From positions 544,001 to 608,000 of the forward strand of contig CAWFJJ010000024.1 in the NCBI GenBank assembly GCA_963816185.1: a DNA stretch of 64,000 nucleotides, in the 5' to 3' direction. The notes under the pieces are model-generated. The model had not been told where the DNA came from. It ran no database searches and saw only the letters and a program-made list of their open reading frames with translations. A program made the translations under genes and the position numbers. This document shows positions 40,929 through 49,225 of this stretch, one piece after another (the first letter of the stretch is position 1; every line of letters begins with the position of its first letter). The stretch is from Thermoanaerobaculia bacterium. GTDB lineage: Bacteria > Acidobacteriota > Thermoanaerobaculia > UBA5066.

Positions 40929-41620
40929 TGCCCGCCCTTCCGCCCGGCGTCGTCTTCAGGCCGGAGGGGCCACGAGAAAAGCGCCACGAGGCGTCCGCCG
41001 CGCTCGGTCAGCTCCAGGCGACCGCCATCGGCCTCGACGGCGGCCCGGGCCACGAAGAGAGGCTCGGCATCCTCGATCCCGTGAGGCAGATCGAGGAGCC
41101 GCTCGGGACGTCCATCGGCCGTCACTCGCGACCCCTCGACGGCCAGGGTCACCCGCCCGTTCTCGAGTCCCGCTCGTCCAACCGGCGGGGGAGCGCTTTC
41201 GCCTCGTGCTGCGAACGACGCGACGTTCTGGATGGCCTCGGCCGAAGCCCTGTGCCGCAGCGACAGGTGCGGAACCGCCACGGCTCCTTCGTGGAGCGGA
41301 ACGCCAGCCGCGCGGCAGACGTTGCCGAGAGACGTCTCTCCCGGCCGCTCGCCGGCGATCTCCGCGAGGCGGAGCAGGAGGTCGAGGAGCCGGTTCACCG
41401 TGCCCACATCGGCCTGCACCGCCCGCACCCGCTCCACCACCCACGCGAGATCGACTCCGGACGGTGCCATGAGCCGTCGCTCGACGAGGTCGAGCTTCAG
41501 TGCGGCGCCCGAGAGCGGGTCGGCCATGGCATGCCGGAGAGCGAGCAGGATACGAGCGGCTCCGCCGGCAGGGTCGGAAGGTGACACAGCGTCCATGTCG
41601 ACGAGCAACGAAGCTAGCAC
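40925..41620 (-). CDS. Degenerate histidine kinase, putative ChpT-like phosphotransferase
   Basis: H-box LRHAMADPL; ATP-binding G1/G2 boxes not recognisable; overlaps the bEBP start. Confidence 0.6.
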   Translation of the reverse strand: MLASLLVDMDAVSPSDPAGGAARILLALRHAMADPLSGAALKLDLVERRLMAPSGVDLAWVVERVRAVQADVGTVNRLLDLLLRLAEIAGERPGETSLGNVCRAAGVPLHEGAVAVPHLSLRHRASAEAIQNVASFAARGESAPPPVGRAGLENGRVTLAVEGSRVTADGRPERLLDLPHGIEDAEPLFVARAAVEADGGRLELTERGGRLVALFSWPLRPEDDAGRKGGQ

Positions 41621-41662
41621 ACTCCCGACAGGGAAGGGCCTCGTTCTATTGCGGGCGGCGGA

Positions 41663-42124
41663 TCACGGCGCGAGGTCGACGAGCATGGCGGAGAGCCCTG
41701 CGACGTGCCTCCGCTGCCGCGGGATCAGCTCGAGCTCGACGAGCTCCCGGGCGTCCTCGTCGAGCGAGCCCAGGGAGGCCTCGTACTCGACGAGACCGCG
41801 CTCCTCGACCCCGAGGAGAGCGCTTATGAACTTCTGCCTTTCCAGCACGGCCGATGCGCCGTTACCATCGAAAGCGACGGCGACCGAGGCCTCCCACGGG
41901 TCCGCCTCGAGCACAGGCGCGCCGCCCCGGGCCTGAACCGACCCTTGAAGAACCGCGACCGTGCGCTGGTGCTCGGAAGCGAGCTGCAGGAGATGGTCGC
42001 TCTTGACGACGGCCTTCTTCTTCACGGCGCGTAGGGCCTTCTGATATCCGGCCACCGCGGCGAGCTCGATGCGGAGGAGGGAGTTGAGGCGTTCTATCAC
42101 GGACTGGAGAGGAGCACACCGCAT
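41663..42124 (-). CDS. Ferritin-like DUF2383/PA2169-type protein
   Basis: LNSLLRIELAAVAGYQKAL, EH, EERGL..YE..L, LIP.Q..H. Confidence 0.75.
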   Translation of the reverse strand: MRCAPLQSVIERLNSLLRIELAAVAGYQKALRAVKKKAVVKSDHLLQLASEHQRTVAVLQGSVQARGGAPVLEADPWEASVAVAFDGNGASAVLERQKFISALLGVEERGLVEYEASLGSLDEDARELVELELIPRQRRHVAGLSAMLVDLAP

Positions 42125-42411
42125 GCCAGTTTCGGTTGCCAAATATCATTGCTTGTCGCCGCTTTCGTATTCCCTTCTCCGTTCAAAGTCGGCACCTCTT
42201 ACCTATGCATTCGGTAAGGCTTGCCGAGCCGTCCGCTCGAGGTTTCGATCGGGGAGGTCTGCTGTGCGGAGTCTCCCGCGCTTCCACGCGAGAAATCGAA
42301 TGGTCATCCGTAACGTAAGCACGATGGATACCTCCGCGTGGCACGTCGTGCTCCGAGTAAACATTTCAGTTTAGCCGGACCGCTCGTCCTCGTGCGGTCT
42401 GAGATCTCCGC

Positions 42412-42426
42412 TGGCACGGCCCCTGC
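42412..42426 (+). promoter_or_regulatory. Sigma-54 promoter
   Basis: TGGCACGGCCCCTGC. Confidence 0.7.
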
Positions 42427-42600
42427 TCCTCACCCTTGGGAGGCATCGACTCATGCACCACTGCCGCGCAGGCGAAGGCCGCCAGGAGCAGAGCAGTCAC
42501 CAGGGCGGTCGGAAGAAAGGAATACCGTCGGGTCTCGCGTGCGCCTCACCGAGCAGACCGGCGATGACAAGGGCCGCCGGGTGACGGTAAAGATCGAAGG

Positions 42601-44121
42601 CTGAGAGATTCATCTCGTGGCGGACGACTCCGCCGGGCGATTCTCCTCGTCGCCGCTGCCGCGGCGCTCGGCTTCCTCTGTCTCCTCGGGGCGACGAACC
42701 TCGTTCTGCGATCGGATTGGCTCTCGGGGCAGATCAACTCGGACCCCGCGACGCTGTTTGTTGTGTATACCGGTGCGCGATCGCTCTTGCCCGGGCGACT
42801 CCGATTCGACACGCTCGTCCTCCGAAGCCGGGACTCGAACGTGGAATGGGAAGCCCGGCTCGAGGGAGTGTCGGTTCGCGTGGGCCTCTTCGACCTTTTG
42901 AGGCGCCGTTTCCGGGCAGCTTCCGTTCGAGCGGACGGCCTCTCGTTCCGGCTCCGGGAGCGTCTCGAGCGGCCCGAGGCGACACCCGCCCGGCTCGCGC
43001 GATATCCCAGCATCGCGGGATTCGTCGAACCGCCCCTCCGCGATCCTCCGGCGCCTCCCGCCCCGCCGGGCGATCCCTGGAGCGTCGTCGTCGACGATCT
43101 GAGCGTCGGTCTCGTGCGCGAGATCTGGATCGACTCTTGGCGGTGGACGGGAACGGCCCGCGTAACTGGGGGGTTCTTCCTCCGTCCCGGCCTCCAGGCC
43201 GAGGTGCTTCCGAGCGAGCTCGCCGCCTCACGGGGCACGCTGCACTGGGGAGAGGAGACCGTCTCGCGCGAAACGACCGGGAGCGTGCGCGCGGTGCTTC
43301 CGCGGTTCGATACGCAGGCATACCCGGGCAACGCCGTCTGGAAAATCATGTCGGGGGCGGCGTCCCTCCGCGGCACGCTCGACGGACTCGCGTTTCTCGC
43401 ACCCGCGGGCGGCGGCCCGCATCTCGCGCCCGGCGGGACTGGGGCCGTTCGCGCGCGCGTTGCCCTGCAAGGCGGGCGGGGAAGCGCCCGGCTCGACGCG
43501 GAGGCTTCGGCCGTCGCCGTGAAGCTTGGAAAGCGGATGGTGCGGGGCGCGGCCCGGGCAAGTGTTTTCGCACGCCGGATCGATTTCCCGGCCTGGAGCG
43601 TGGCGTTCGACGGGACGCGCGTCAGAGTGAAGGATGTCTCGCTCGAGGGCGCGGCCGGCGCGCCATGGAGCGGCGTACTCGAAGCGCGACAGGCCCGCCT
43701 CGGGATCAAGGACGGGTCTTTGGACGCGCATCTCTCGGCGCGACTGGGAGACGGCCGGCCGCTCGTGGCCCTGGTGCCCTCCGGCCCGCCGAAGTGGATC
43801 GCGTTGGGCCTTCTCGATCTCAGAGACTTCGAGGCGTCGGGCCACCTGCGCGCGTCGCGGGGTTTCCTCGCGCTCGCGCCGGCCCACGCGGAAGCCGGGA
43901 CATTCTCGATCGACGCGGACTGGCGCGAGGCCCGTGGCCGCCGGTGGGGAGCCCTTCTCGTCCGCAAGGGCGCGCTCTCCCTCGGGCTCGGTCTCGGAGA
44001 GAACGGGACGTCGCTACAACTCGCACGTGCCACGGACTGGTTTGCGGAGGAAGCCCGACCCGGGGGGCTCCGGACGGATCAGCCGCGAGGATCGGAGGGA
44101 CCCGTGAGGCTGAGAAGGTAG
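42601..44121 (+). CDS. Membrane-anchored beta-rich hypothetical protein (possibly AsmA/TamB-like); start uncertain
   Basis: Frame open from 42568 with a TM segment (AILLVAAAAALGFLCLLG) upstream of the first GTG; CTG 42601 assumed as start. Confidence 0.6.
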   Translation: MRDSSRGGRLRRAILLVAAAAALGFLCLLGATNLVLRSDWLSGQINSDPATLFVVYTGARSLLPGRLRFDTLVLRSRDSNVEWEARLEGVSVRVGLFDLLRRRFRAASVRADGLSFRLRERLERPEATPARLARYPSIAGFVEPPLRDPPAPPAPPGDPWSVVVDDLSVGLVREIWIDSWRWTGTARVTGGFFLRPGLQAEVLPSELAASRGTLHWGEETVSRETTGSVRAVLPRFDTQAYPGNAVWKIMSGAASLRGTLDGLAFLAPAGGGPHLAPGGTGAVRARVALQGGRGSARLDAEASAVAVKLGKRMVRGAARASVFARRIDFPAWSVAFDGTRVRVKDVSLEGAAGAPWSGVLEARQARLGIKDGSLDAHLSARLGDGRPLVALVPSGPPKWIALGLLDLRDFEASGHLRASRGFLALAPAHAEAGTFSIDADWREARGRRWGALLVRKGALSLGLGLGENGTSLQLARATDWFAEEARPGGLRTDQPRGSEGPVRLRR

Positions 44122-44154
44122 CCGGGAATAGATCTTGCTGACACGGTTTTCCGA

Positions 44155-44934
44155 GTGAAGCGACGCGCGGTTGCCGCAATCTTTCTGGCCAGCCTCCTTG
44201 TCCCCGGCGCTCTGTGTTCCGAAACGGTCGCCGTGCGCCACGCGGAAGGACTCGTCCATGGCTTCCTCGTTCTCCGGTCGCTCGACGGCGTCTCGCTTGC
44301 GAGCGGGGACCTCATCCAGACATCCCGTGGCGACCGCGTTACGAGCCGCCTGGTCTTTCATTTCAAAGACGGCTCGATCCAGGACGAGACGGCGGTCTTC
44401 ACGCAGAGCGGACGGTTCCGGCTTCTGACCGATCACATGTTCCAGCGCGGCCCGACTTTTCCACACCCAATGGAGGTCTCGATCGACGCGGTGGGCGGAC
44501 GGGTGACGATCCGATATCGAGAAGACGACGGCAAAGAGAAGACCGCCGAGGAGCAGATGTCTCTGCCCGAGGACCTGGCCAACGGAATCCAGCTGACGCT
44601 CTTGAAGAACATCGCACCCGATGCCGTGTCGACAGAGGTGTCGATGCTCGTGGCGACACCGAAGCCGCGACTGGTGAAGCTCTTGATCACTCCGGCGGGG
44701 GAGGACTCGTTCTCCGCCGGCGGTGCCTCGCACAAGACGGTCCGTTTCAACGTCAAGGTCGAGCTCGGCGGCCTCGTGGGTCTGATCGCACCGCTAATCG
44801 GCAAGCAGCCGCACGACACGTCCGTCTGGATCCTCGGCGGGGAAGCTCCCGGCTTCGTGAAGTCGGAGGGGCCGATGTATCAGGGCGGCCCACTTTGGCG
44901 GATCGAGCTGGCGTCTCCCTTCTGGCCGCGGTGA
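44155..44934 (+). CDS. Conserved-looking exported hypothetical protein
   Basis: Signal peptide, typical codon usage; weak GG-N10-GC at 44124-44138. Confidence 0.7.
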   Translation: MKRRAVAAIFLASLLVPGALCSETVAVRHAEGLVHGFLVLRSLDGVSLASGDLIQTSRGDRVTSRLVFHFKDGSIQDETAVFTQSGRFRLLTDHMFQRGPTFPHPMEVSIDAVGGRVTIRYREDDGKEKTAEEQMSLPEDLANGIQLTLLKNIAPDAVSTEVSMLVATPKPRLVKLLITPAGEDSFSAGGASHKTVRFNVKVELGGLVGLIAPLIGKQPHDTSVWILGGEAPGFVKSEGPMYQGGPLWRIELASPFWPR

Positions 44935-44979
44935 GAGGGCTGGGCGGTAGCCTCGGCCGGGAGGGGTACTCTTGAAATC

Positions 44980-46284
44980 GTGAGAGCCTCCGAACCCCGA
45001 CGCCCGAAGAAGCGGCACGTCTTCGCGATCATCCTCGTTTCGGTCGCGGCGGGTTACGCGTTCGCCATCACCATCGCGAAGGCGGGCGCTCCGAAGCAGA
45101 CCGCCTACGAGCTGCCTCACGACTTCACGTTGAACGCGCCGACGTTCCTGCCGTCGGCGCTGCCCGGCGCGGTGCTGACGTCCGGCAACCGCCTCGACCT
45201 TCTCGAGAACGGCGACGCGATCTTTCCCGCCATGGTCGCGGCCATCTCCTCCGCCCGGAAGACGGTGAACTTCGAGGCCTACATCTTCTGGTCGGACGAG
45301 GTCGGCACGCGTTTCCGCGACGCGCTCGCCGAACGGGCCGCGCACGGCGTCGCGGTCCGCGTCCTCCTCGACGCGGTCGGTTCCTCGGGCAAGCGCCTGA
45401 AGGCCGGCGACGTCGAAGTCCTGCGCCAGGCCGGCTGCCACGTGGAATTCTTCCATTCGTTGAAGCCCTGGATGCTCTGGGTCTTCAACCATCGCAACCA
45501 CCGACGGATTCTCGTGGTGGACGGCACGCTCGGATTCACCGGCGGCGTCGGATTTGCCGATTCATGGCGAGGCAACGCCGATTCGAAGGACCATTGGCGC
45601 GACACGCAGCTGCGGGTGGAAGGGCCCGCCGCCCGCGGTCTCCAGCGCGCGTTCCAGGAGAACTGGTCGGAGGTGACGGGCGAGGCGCTCGTCGGCGACG
45701 AGTTTTTTCCCGTGCTTGAACAGGCCGGTACGAGCGCCGTCGCCGTCGTACCTTCCTCGCCTCTCGCGGCGATGTCGGGGGCGGGCCGCGTATACGCGAT
45801 CTCGCTCGCCGCCGCCGCGAGGGAGATCTGGATCGCGAACTCCTACTTCCTTCCGGACGAAGCGACTTCCGGTGTCTTGGTCGCCGCCGTGAAGAGGGGC
45901 GTGGACGTGCGGGTGATCGTTCCCTCGGATCGGCAGAACGACGTGCCGGCGACGAAGGCGGGGGGGCGCTCGTCCTTCGGACCGCTCCTCGCGGGTGGCG
46001 TGAAGATTTTCGAATATCAGCCAACGATGTTCCACCTGAAGACGATGGTCGTGGACGGAGTCTTCTCCACGGTGGGATCGGCGAACTTCGACGAGCGGTC
46101 CTTCCACCTGAACGAGGAGATCAATCTGTTCGTCTACGACGGCGAGTTCGCGGGGCGAATGAGGGAGACCTACCTTCGGGATCTGTCGCGCTGCCGTCCC
46201 TATACGTACGCGATGTGGAGGAGCCGTTCCCTCATAAAAAGAGTGACGGAGTGGCTCGTCGCGCCTTTCCGATCAGAGCTCTAG
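44980..46284 (+). CDS. cls: Cardiolipin synthase / phospholipase D family
   Basis: HRRILVVDG and HLKTMVVDG motifs, WRDT, GSANFD. Confidence 0.88.
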   Translation: MRASEPRRPKKRHVFAIILVSVAAGYAFAITIAKAGAPKQTAYELPHDFTLNAPTFLPSALPGAVLTSGNRLDLLENGDAIFPAMVAAISSARKTVNFEAYIFWSDEVGTRFRDALAERAAHGVAVRVLLDAVGSSGKRLKAGDVEVLRQAGCHVEFFHSLKPWMLWVFNHRNHRRILVVDGTLGFTGGVGFADSWRGNADSKDHWRDTQLRVEGPAARGLQRAFQENWSEVTGEALVGDEFFPVLEQAGTSAVAVVPSSPLAAMSGAGRVYAISLAAAAREIWIANSYFLPDEATSGVLVAAVKRGVDVRVIVPSDRQNDVPATKAGGRSSFGPLLAGGVKIFEYQPTMFHLKTMVVDGVFSTVGSANFDERSFHLNEEINLFVYDGEFAGRMRETYLRDLSRCRPYTYAMWRSRSLIKRVTEWLVAPFRSEL

Positions 46285-46359
46285 AGAGCACAACCATTTA
46301 TTAATGAATGATTACACTCCAGCGAGTCCAGAATATCTCTACGTTGATATAAAATAAAG

Positions 46360-46388
46360 TTGACAATATCAAACTAAGATCCTATACT
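46360..46388 (+). promoter_or_regulatory. Consensus sigma-70 promoter of hsp20 with overlapping inverted repeat
   Basis: TTGACA-17-TATACT; TTGATAT (46344) and ATATCAA (46366) flank the -35. Confidence 0.85.
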
Positions 46389-46460
46389 ACGTGGGTAGGC
46401 GAAAATCCCACCTAGGATTGGTTCGTCCGGAAGACAAAGTCTTCGGAAGGTAGACCTCAA

Positions 46461-46925
46461 ATGTTAGTCAGATGGAATCACCCTTTCCTCGAAGCCCAGC
46501 GCCAGAACCAGATGTTCAATGAAGGCTTTGGCCCGCGGGGCCGTGAGGAGGAAGTCGCGGCAGCGTGGGCTCCTCCAGTCGACATCGTCGAGACACCGGA
46601 GGCCCTGAACTTCATCGTCGAGCTCCCGGGTTTCAAGAACGAGGACCTGACCCTGAGGGTGGAGAACGGGGTTCTGACGCTCGAGGGCGAGAGGACGTTC
46701 GAGGCCGAGACGAAGGAGAGGAACTACCATCGCGTCGAGCGTTCGTACGGCAAGTTCGTGCGGGGCTTCACGCTTCCGAGCAACATGAATGCGGAAAAGG
46801 TCCAGGCGAACCTGACGGACGGCGTCCTTCTCATCACGCTGCCGAAGAAGGAAGAGACGAAGCCGAAGACGATCCAGATCGGCGCTGGAGTCCCGAAGCA
46901 CATCGCCATCCGCAAGGCAGCCTGA
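46461..46925 (+). CDS. Small heat-shock protein Hsp20
   Basis: WAPPVDI, ELPG, ERSYGKFVRGFTLP, DGVLLITLPK. Confidence 0.95.
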   Translation: MLVRWNHPFLEAQRQNQMFNEGFGPRGREEEVAAAWAPPVDIVETPEALNFIVELPGFKNEDLTLRVENGVLTLEGERTFEAETKERNYHRVERSYGKFVRGFTLPSNMNAEKVQANLTDGVLLITLPKKEETKPKTIQIGAGVPKHIAIRKAA

Positions 46926-46943
46926 GTTCTCGAGGTCCCCGGA

Positions 46944-46971
46944 AAGAGAGGCGGCGAGAGCCGCCTCTCTT
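46944..46971 (+). terminator. Intrinsic terminator
   Basis: AAGAGAGGCGGC-GAGA-GCCGCCTCTCTT perfect stem. Confidence 0.8.
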
Positions 46972-47003
46972 CGTTCTGCGACTGTCTCGATATAGTCAGG
47001 ACG

Positions 47004-48002
47004 ATGCGGAAGCGGGAGACGCCTGACGCCAGCCCGGCGATGTCTGGTCAGGATGCGCCGCGCGGCCGCAGGAAATGGGTCACCCACGGGTTGTCGAACC
47101 GCGTTGTGTACGGGGGACTCCATTACGGTGCCCGCTGGCTCCCTCTGCCCGTCCTCCACGGCATCTCACTCTTCGGCAACAGCCTCGCGGTCACCTTCAT
47201 GCATGAGACGCTCGAGGGCATCCGCGAGAACTACCGCCTCGCGCTCGGCCTTCCGGAGCGGGAGGCGCGGCGTCTGGCGCGCCGCCTTTTTTTCGAATAC
47301 GGCAAGTCGGTGATCGACGTCTGGCGCCTCCGGAGTGAAGCCTTCGTCCCGAAGATCACATCGTTCGAGGCGGACGGCGCGGTGCTCGCCGGGGTCCGGA
47401 AGAACGGCCGCGGCTTCCTTCTCGTGACCGGGCACGTCGGAAACTGGGAGATGGGCGCCGTGACGCTGCGCGGCCACGCCCTGACACCGGCCGTCGTCGG
47501 CCAGCCGGAGCTCGATCCGGACGTCGAGGCCATGCGCCTGAGCCTGAGGACGCGCCTCGGAGTCGAGTCGATCGACATCGGCTCGTCCACCGGCACGGCC
47601 TTTCGCGTGCGCGCGGCAGTCGAGGCGGGACGGGCGGTGGCGCTCCTCGTGGACCGCGCCTACCCGGAGGACCAGGTCGTCGTTCCCTACTTCGGGCGCC
47701 CCACGCCTTTTCTCCGCTCGCCGGCCCTCCTCGCCCGATTCTGCAAGTGCGAGATCCTCCCCGGCTTCTTCCTTCGCAGCCCCGACGGCTCCTACTTCAA
47801 CGTCTGGGGGGCTCCGGTCGCAGCGGACGAAAGGCTCTCTCCCGAGGCGGATGCGCGCCGCATCATGAGCCGCGTCGCCGCCGATCTGGAAGCCGTCGTG
47901 CGCGCGCACCCGACGCAGTGGTTCAACTTCTACCGGTTCTGGAAGGACGGGGGCGCTTCGGAAGAAGCGGCGCGGGCCGACGGGCGCGTCCACGCGCCGT
48001 AG
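47004..48002 (+). CDS. LpxL-like lysophospholipid acyltransferase
   Basis: TGHVGNWE, LLVDR, PTQWFNFY. Confidence 0.88.
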   Translation: MRKRETPDASPAMSGQDAPRGRRKWVTHGLSNRVVYGGLHYGARWLPLPVLHGISLFGNSLAVTFMHETLEGIRENYRLALGLPEREARRLARRLFFEYGKSVIDVWRLRSEAFVPKITSFEADGAVLAGVRKNGRGFLLVTGHVGNWEMGAVTLRGHALTPAVVGQPELDPDVEAMRLSLRTRLGVESIDIGSSTGTAFRVRAAVEAGRAVALLVDRAYPEDQVVVPYFGRPTPFLRSPALLARFCKCEILPGFFLRSPDGSYFNVWGAPVAADERLSPEADARRIMSRVAADLEAVVRAHPTQWFNFYRFWKDGGASEEAARADGRVHAP

Positions 48003-49225
48003 ACCCAGTTGCCGCAGCACCGGCTGCAGATGGGGAGCGGCTCTTTCGCGAGCTTCTCGCGGAAGCGTCCGGCGCGCTCGCCTGTCCAGATCTCCCGGAA
48101 CGGCGTCTTCCTCACGTTGCCGATGAAGTAGTCGGGAAAGTCACCGCAGAAGCAGACCTGGCCGTCCGGCTCGACCTGGGCGAAATACCAGGCCACGGGG
48201 CAGAGGTTGTGGCCGAAGGTTTTGCCTGCATCGGCGAAATAGTCGGGCACGCTTTCCGCAGGTACATCGGGCACGAACGAGATCCAGGGGCGGCCTCGCG
48301 CGGAGTCGAGAAAGCGCCGGCGGCGGAGGCCCTTCAGGAGCTTGACGAGCTGGGTCAGCTGACGCCCTTTCGTGACGGCGAAGTCCCCGCCGTCGAACTC
48401 GAATCCCTTCCAGGAGCTGCCCGAGACGCCGAACGTCTCGGACATCACCCTCTCGTACTCCGCGCCGGTGTCCTTCGACACGAACCAGCGAAGCCCGATG
48501 TTGACCGTGTCGAGCGGAAGGCTCTGGAGTGCCTCGAGCGCCGGCGCGATGTCTTCCAGGTTGAGCTCGGTGATCGGCAGGATCGCAAGGAGCATCGGCG
48601 CCGCGGACCCGAGCTCGTCGCGCACGCGCGCCACGGCCCTCACGCCGGCCGCGGCGCGCGCGAAGCTGCCGGCTTGTCCCCGGATCCGATCGTGAACGTC
48701 GGGCACGCCGTCGATGGAGACCATGATCGAGTCCACGCCGGCCTCGACGAGGTCGCGGGCCATCTCCTCGAGCCGCCAGCCGTTCGTGATGAGCGAGCAC
48801 GTCAGGCCGCGCCCCTTCACCTCCCGGACGAGAGGCAGGACGTCGGGATAGAGCAGCGGTTCGCCGCCGAACAGACTGATGATGGGCCGCGAGGGCGCGA
48901 GCTCGTCGAGGAGGCGAACGTAGTCGGAGAGAGCCATCTGGCGGTTCAATCCGATCAGCTCGCGAATCCGGTTTCTCTCTTTTTCACCATCGGTCGCGGT
49001 GGACGCGCCGAGCGCGCGGAAGATGCCTGTGTCTCCCCACTGTCCGCACATCTTGCAGCGGAGGTTGCAGAGGTTCGTGACGCGGAGCTGTACGAACGTC
49101 GGCATCGGGAGGTTGCCGGGGGCTGAAGCGGAAAGGTGGTCCATCACCTCGCGGCGTCCCTGGCTCATGCGGCCCAGGTGGCGACGCGCGAAACCCGCCA
49201 GCTTCAGACCTCGCCGAAAGCTCAC
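47930..49225 (-). CDS. Radical SAM protein with SPASM/twitch domain
   Basis: CNLRCKMC, GGEPLL, C-terminal Cys cluster; GTG start overlaps the upstream stop. Confidence 0.88.
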   Translation of the reverse strand: MSFRRGLKLAGFARRHLGRMSQGRREVMDHLSASAPGNLPMPTFVQLRVTNLCNLRCKMCGQWGDTGIFRALGASTATDGEKERNRIRELIGLNRQMALSDYVRLLDELAPSRPIISLFGGEPLLYPDVLPLVREVKGRGLTCSLITNGWRLEEMARDLVEAGVDSIMVSIDGVPDVHDRIRGQAGSFARAAAGVRAVARVRDELGSAAPMLLAILPITELNLEDIAPALEALQSLPLDTVNIGLRWFVSKDTGAEYERVMSETFGVSGSSWKGFEFDGGDFAVTKGRQLTQLVKLLKGLRRRRFLDSARGRPWISFVPDVPAESVPDYFADAGKTFGHNLCPVAWYFAQVEPDGQVCFCGDFPDYFIGNVRKTPFREIWTGERAGRFREKLAKEPLPICSRCCGNWVYGAWTRPSARAASSEAPPSFQNR

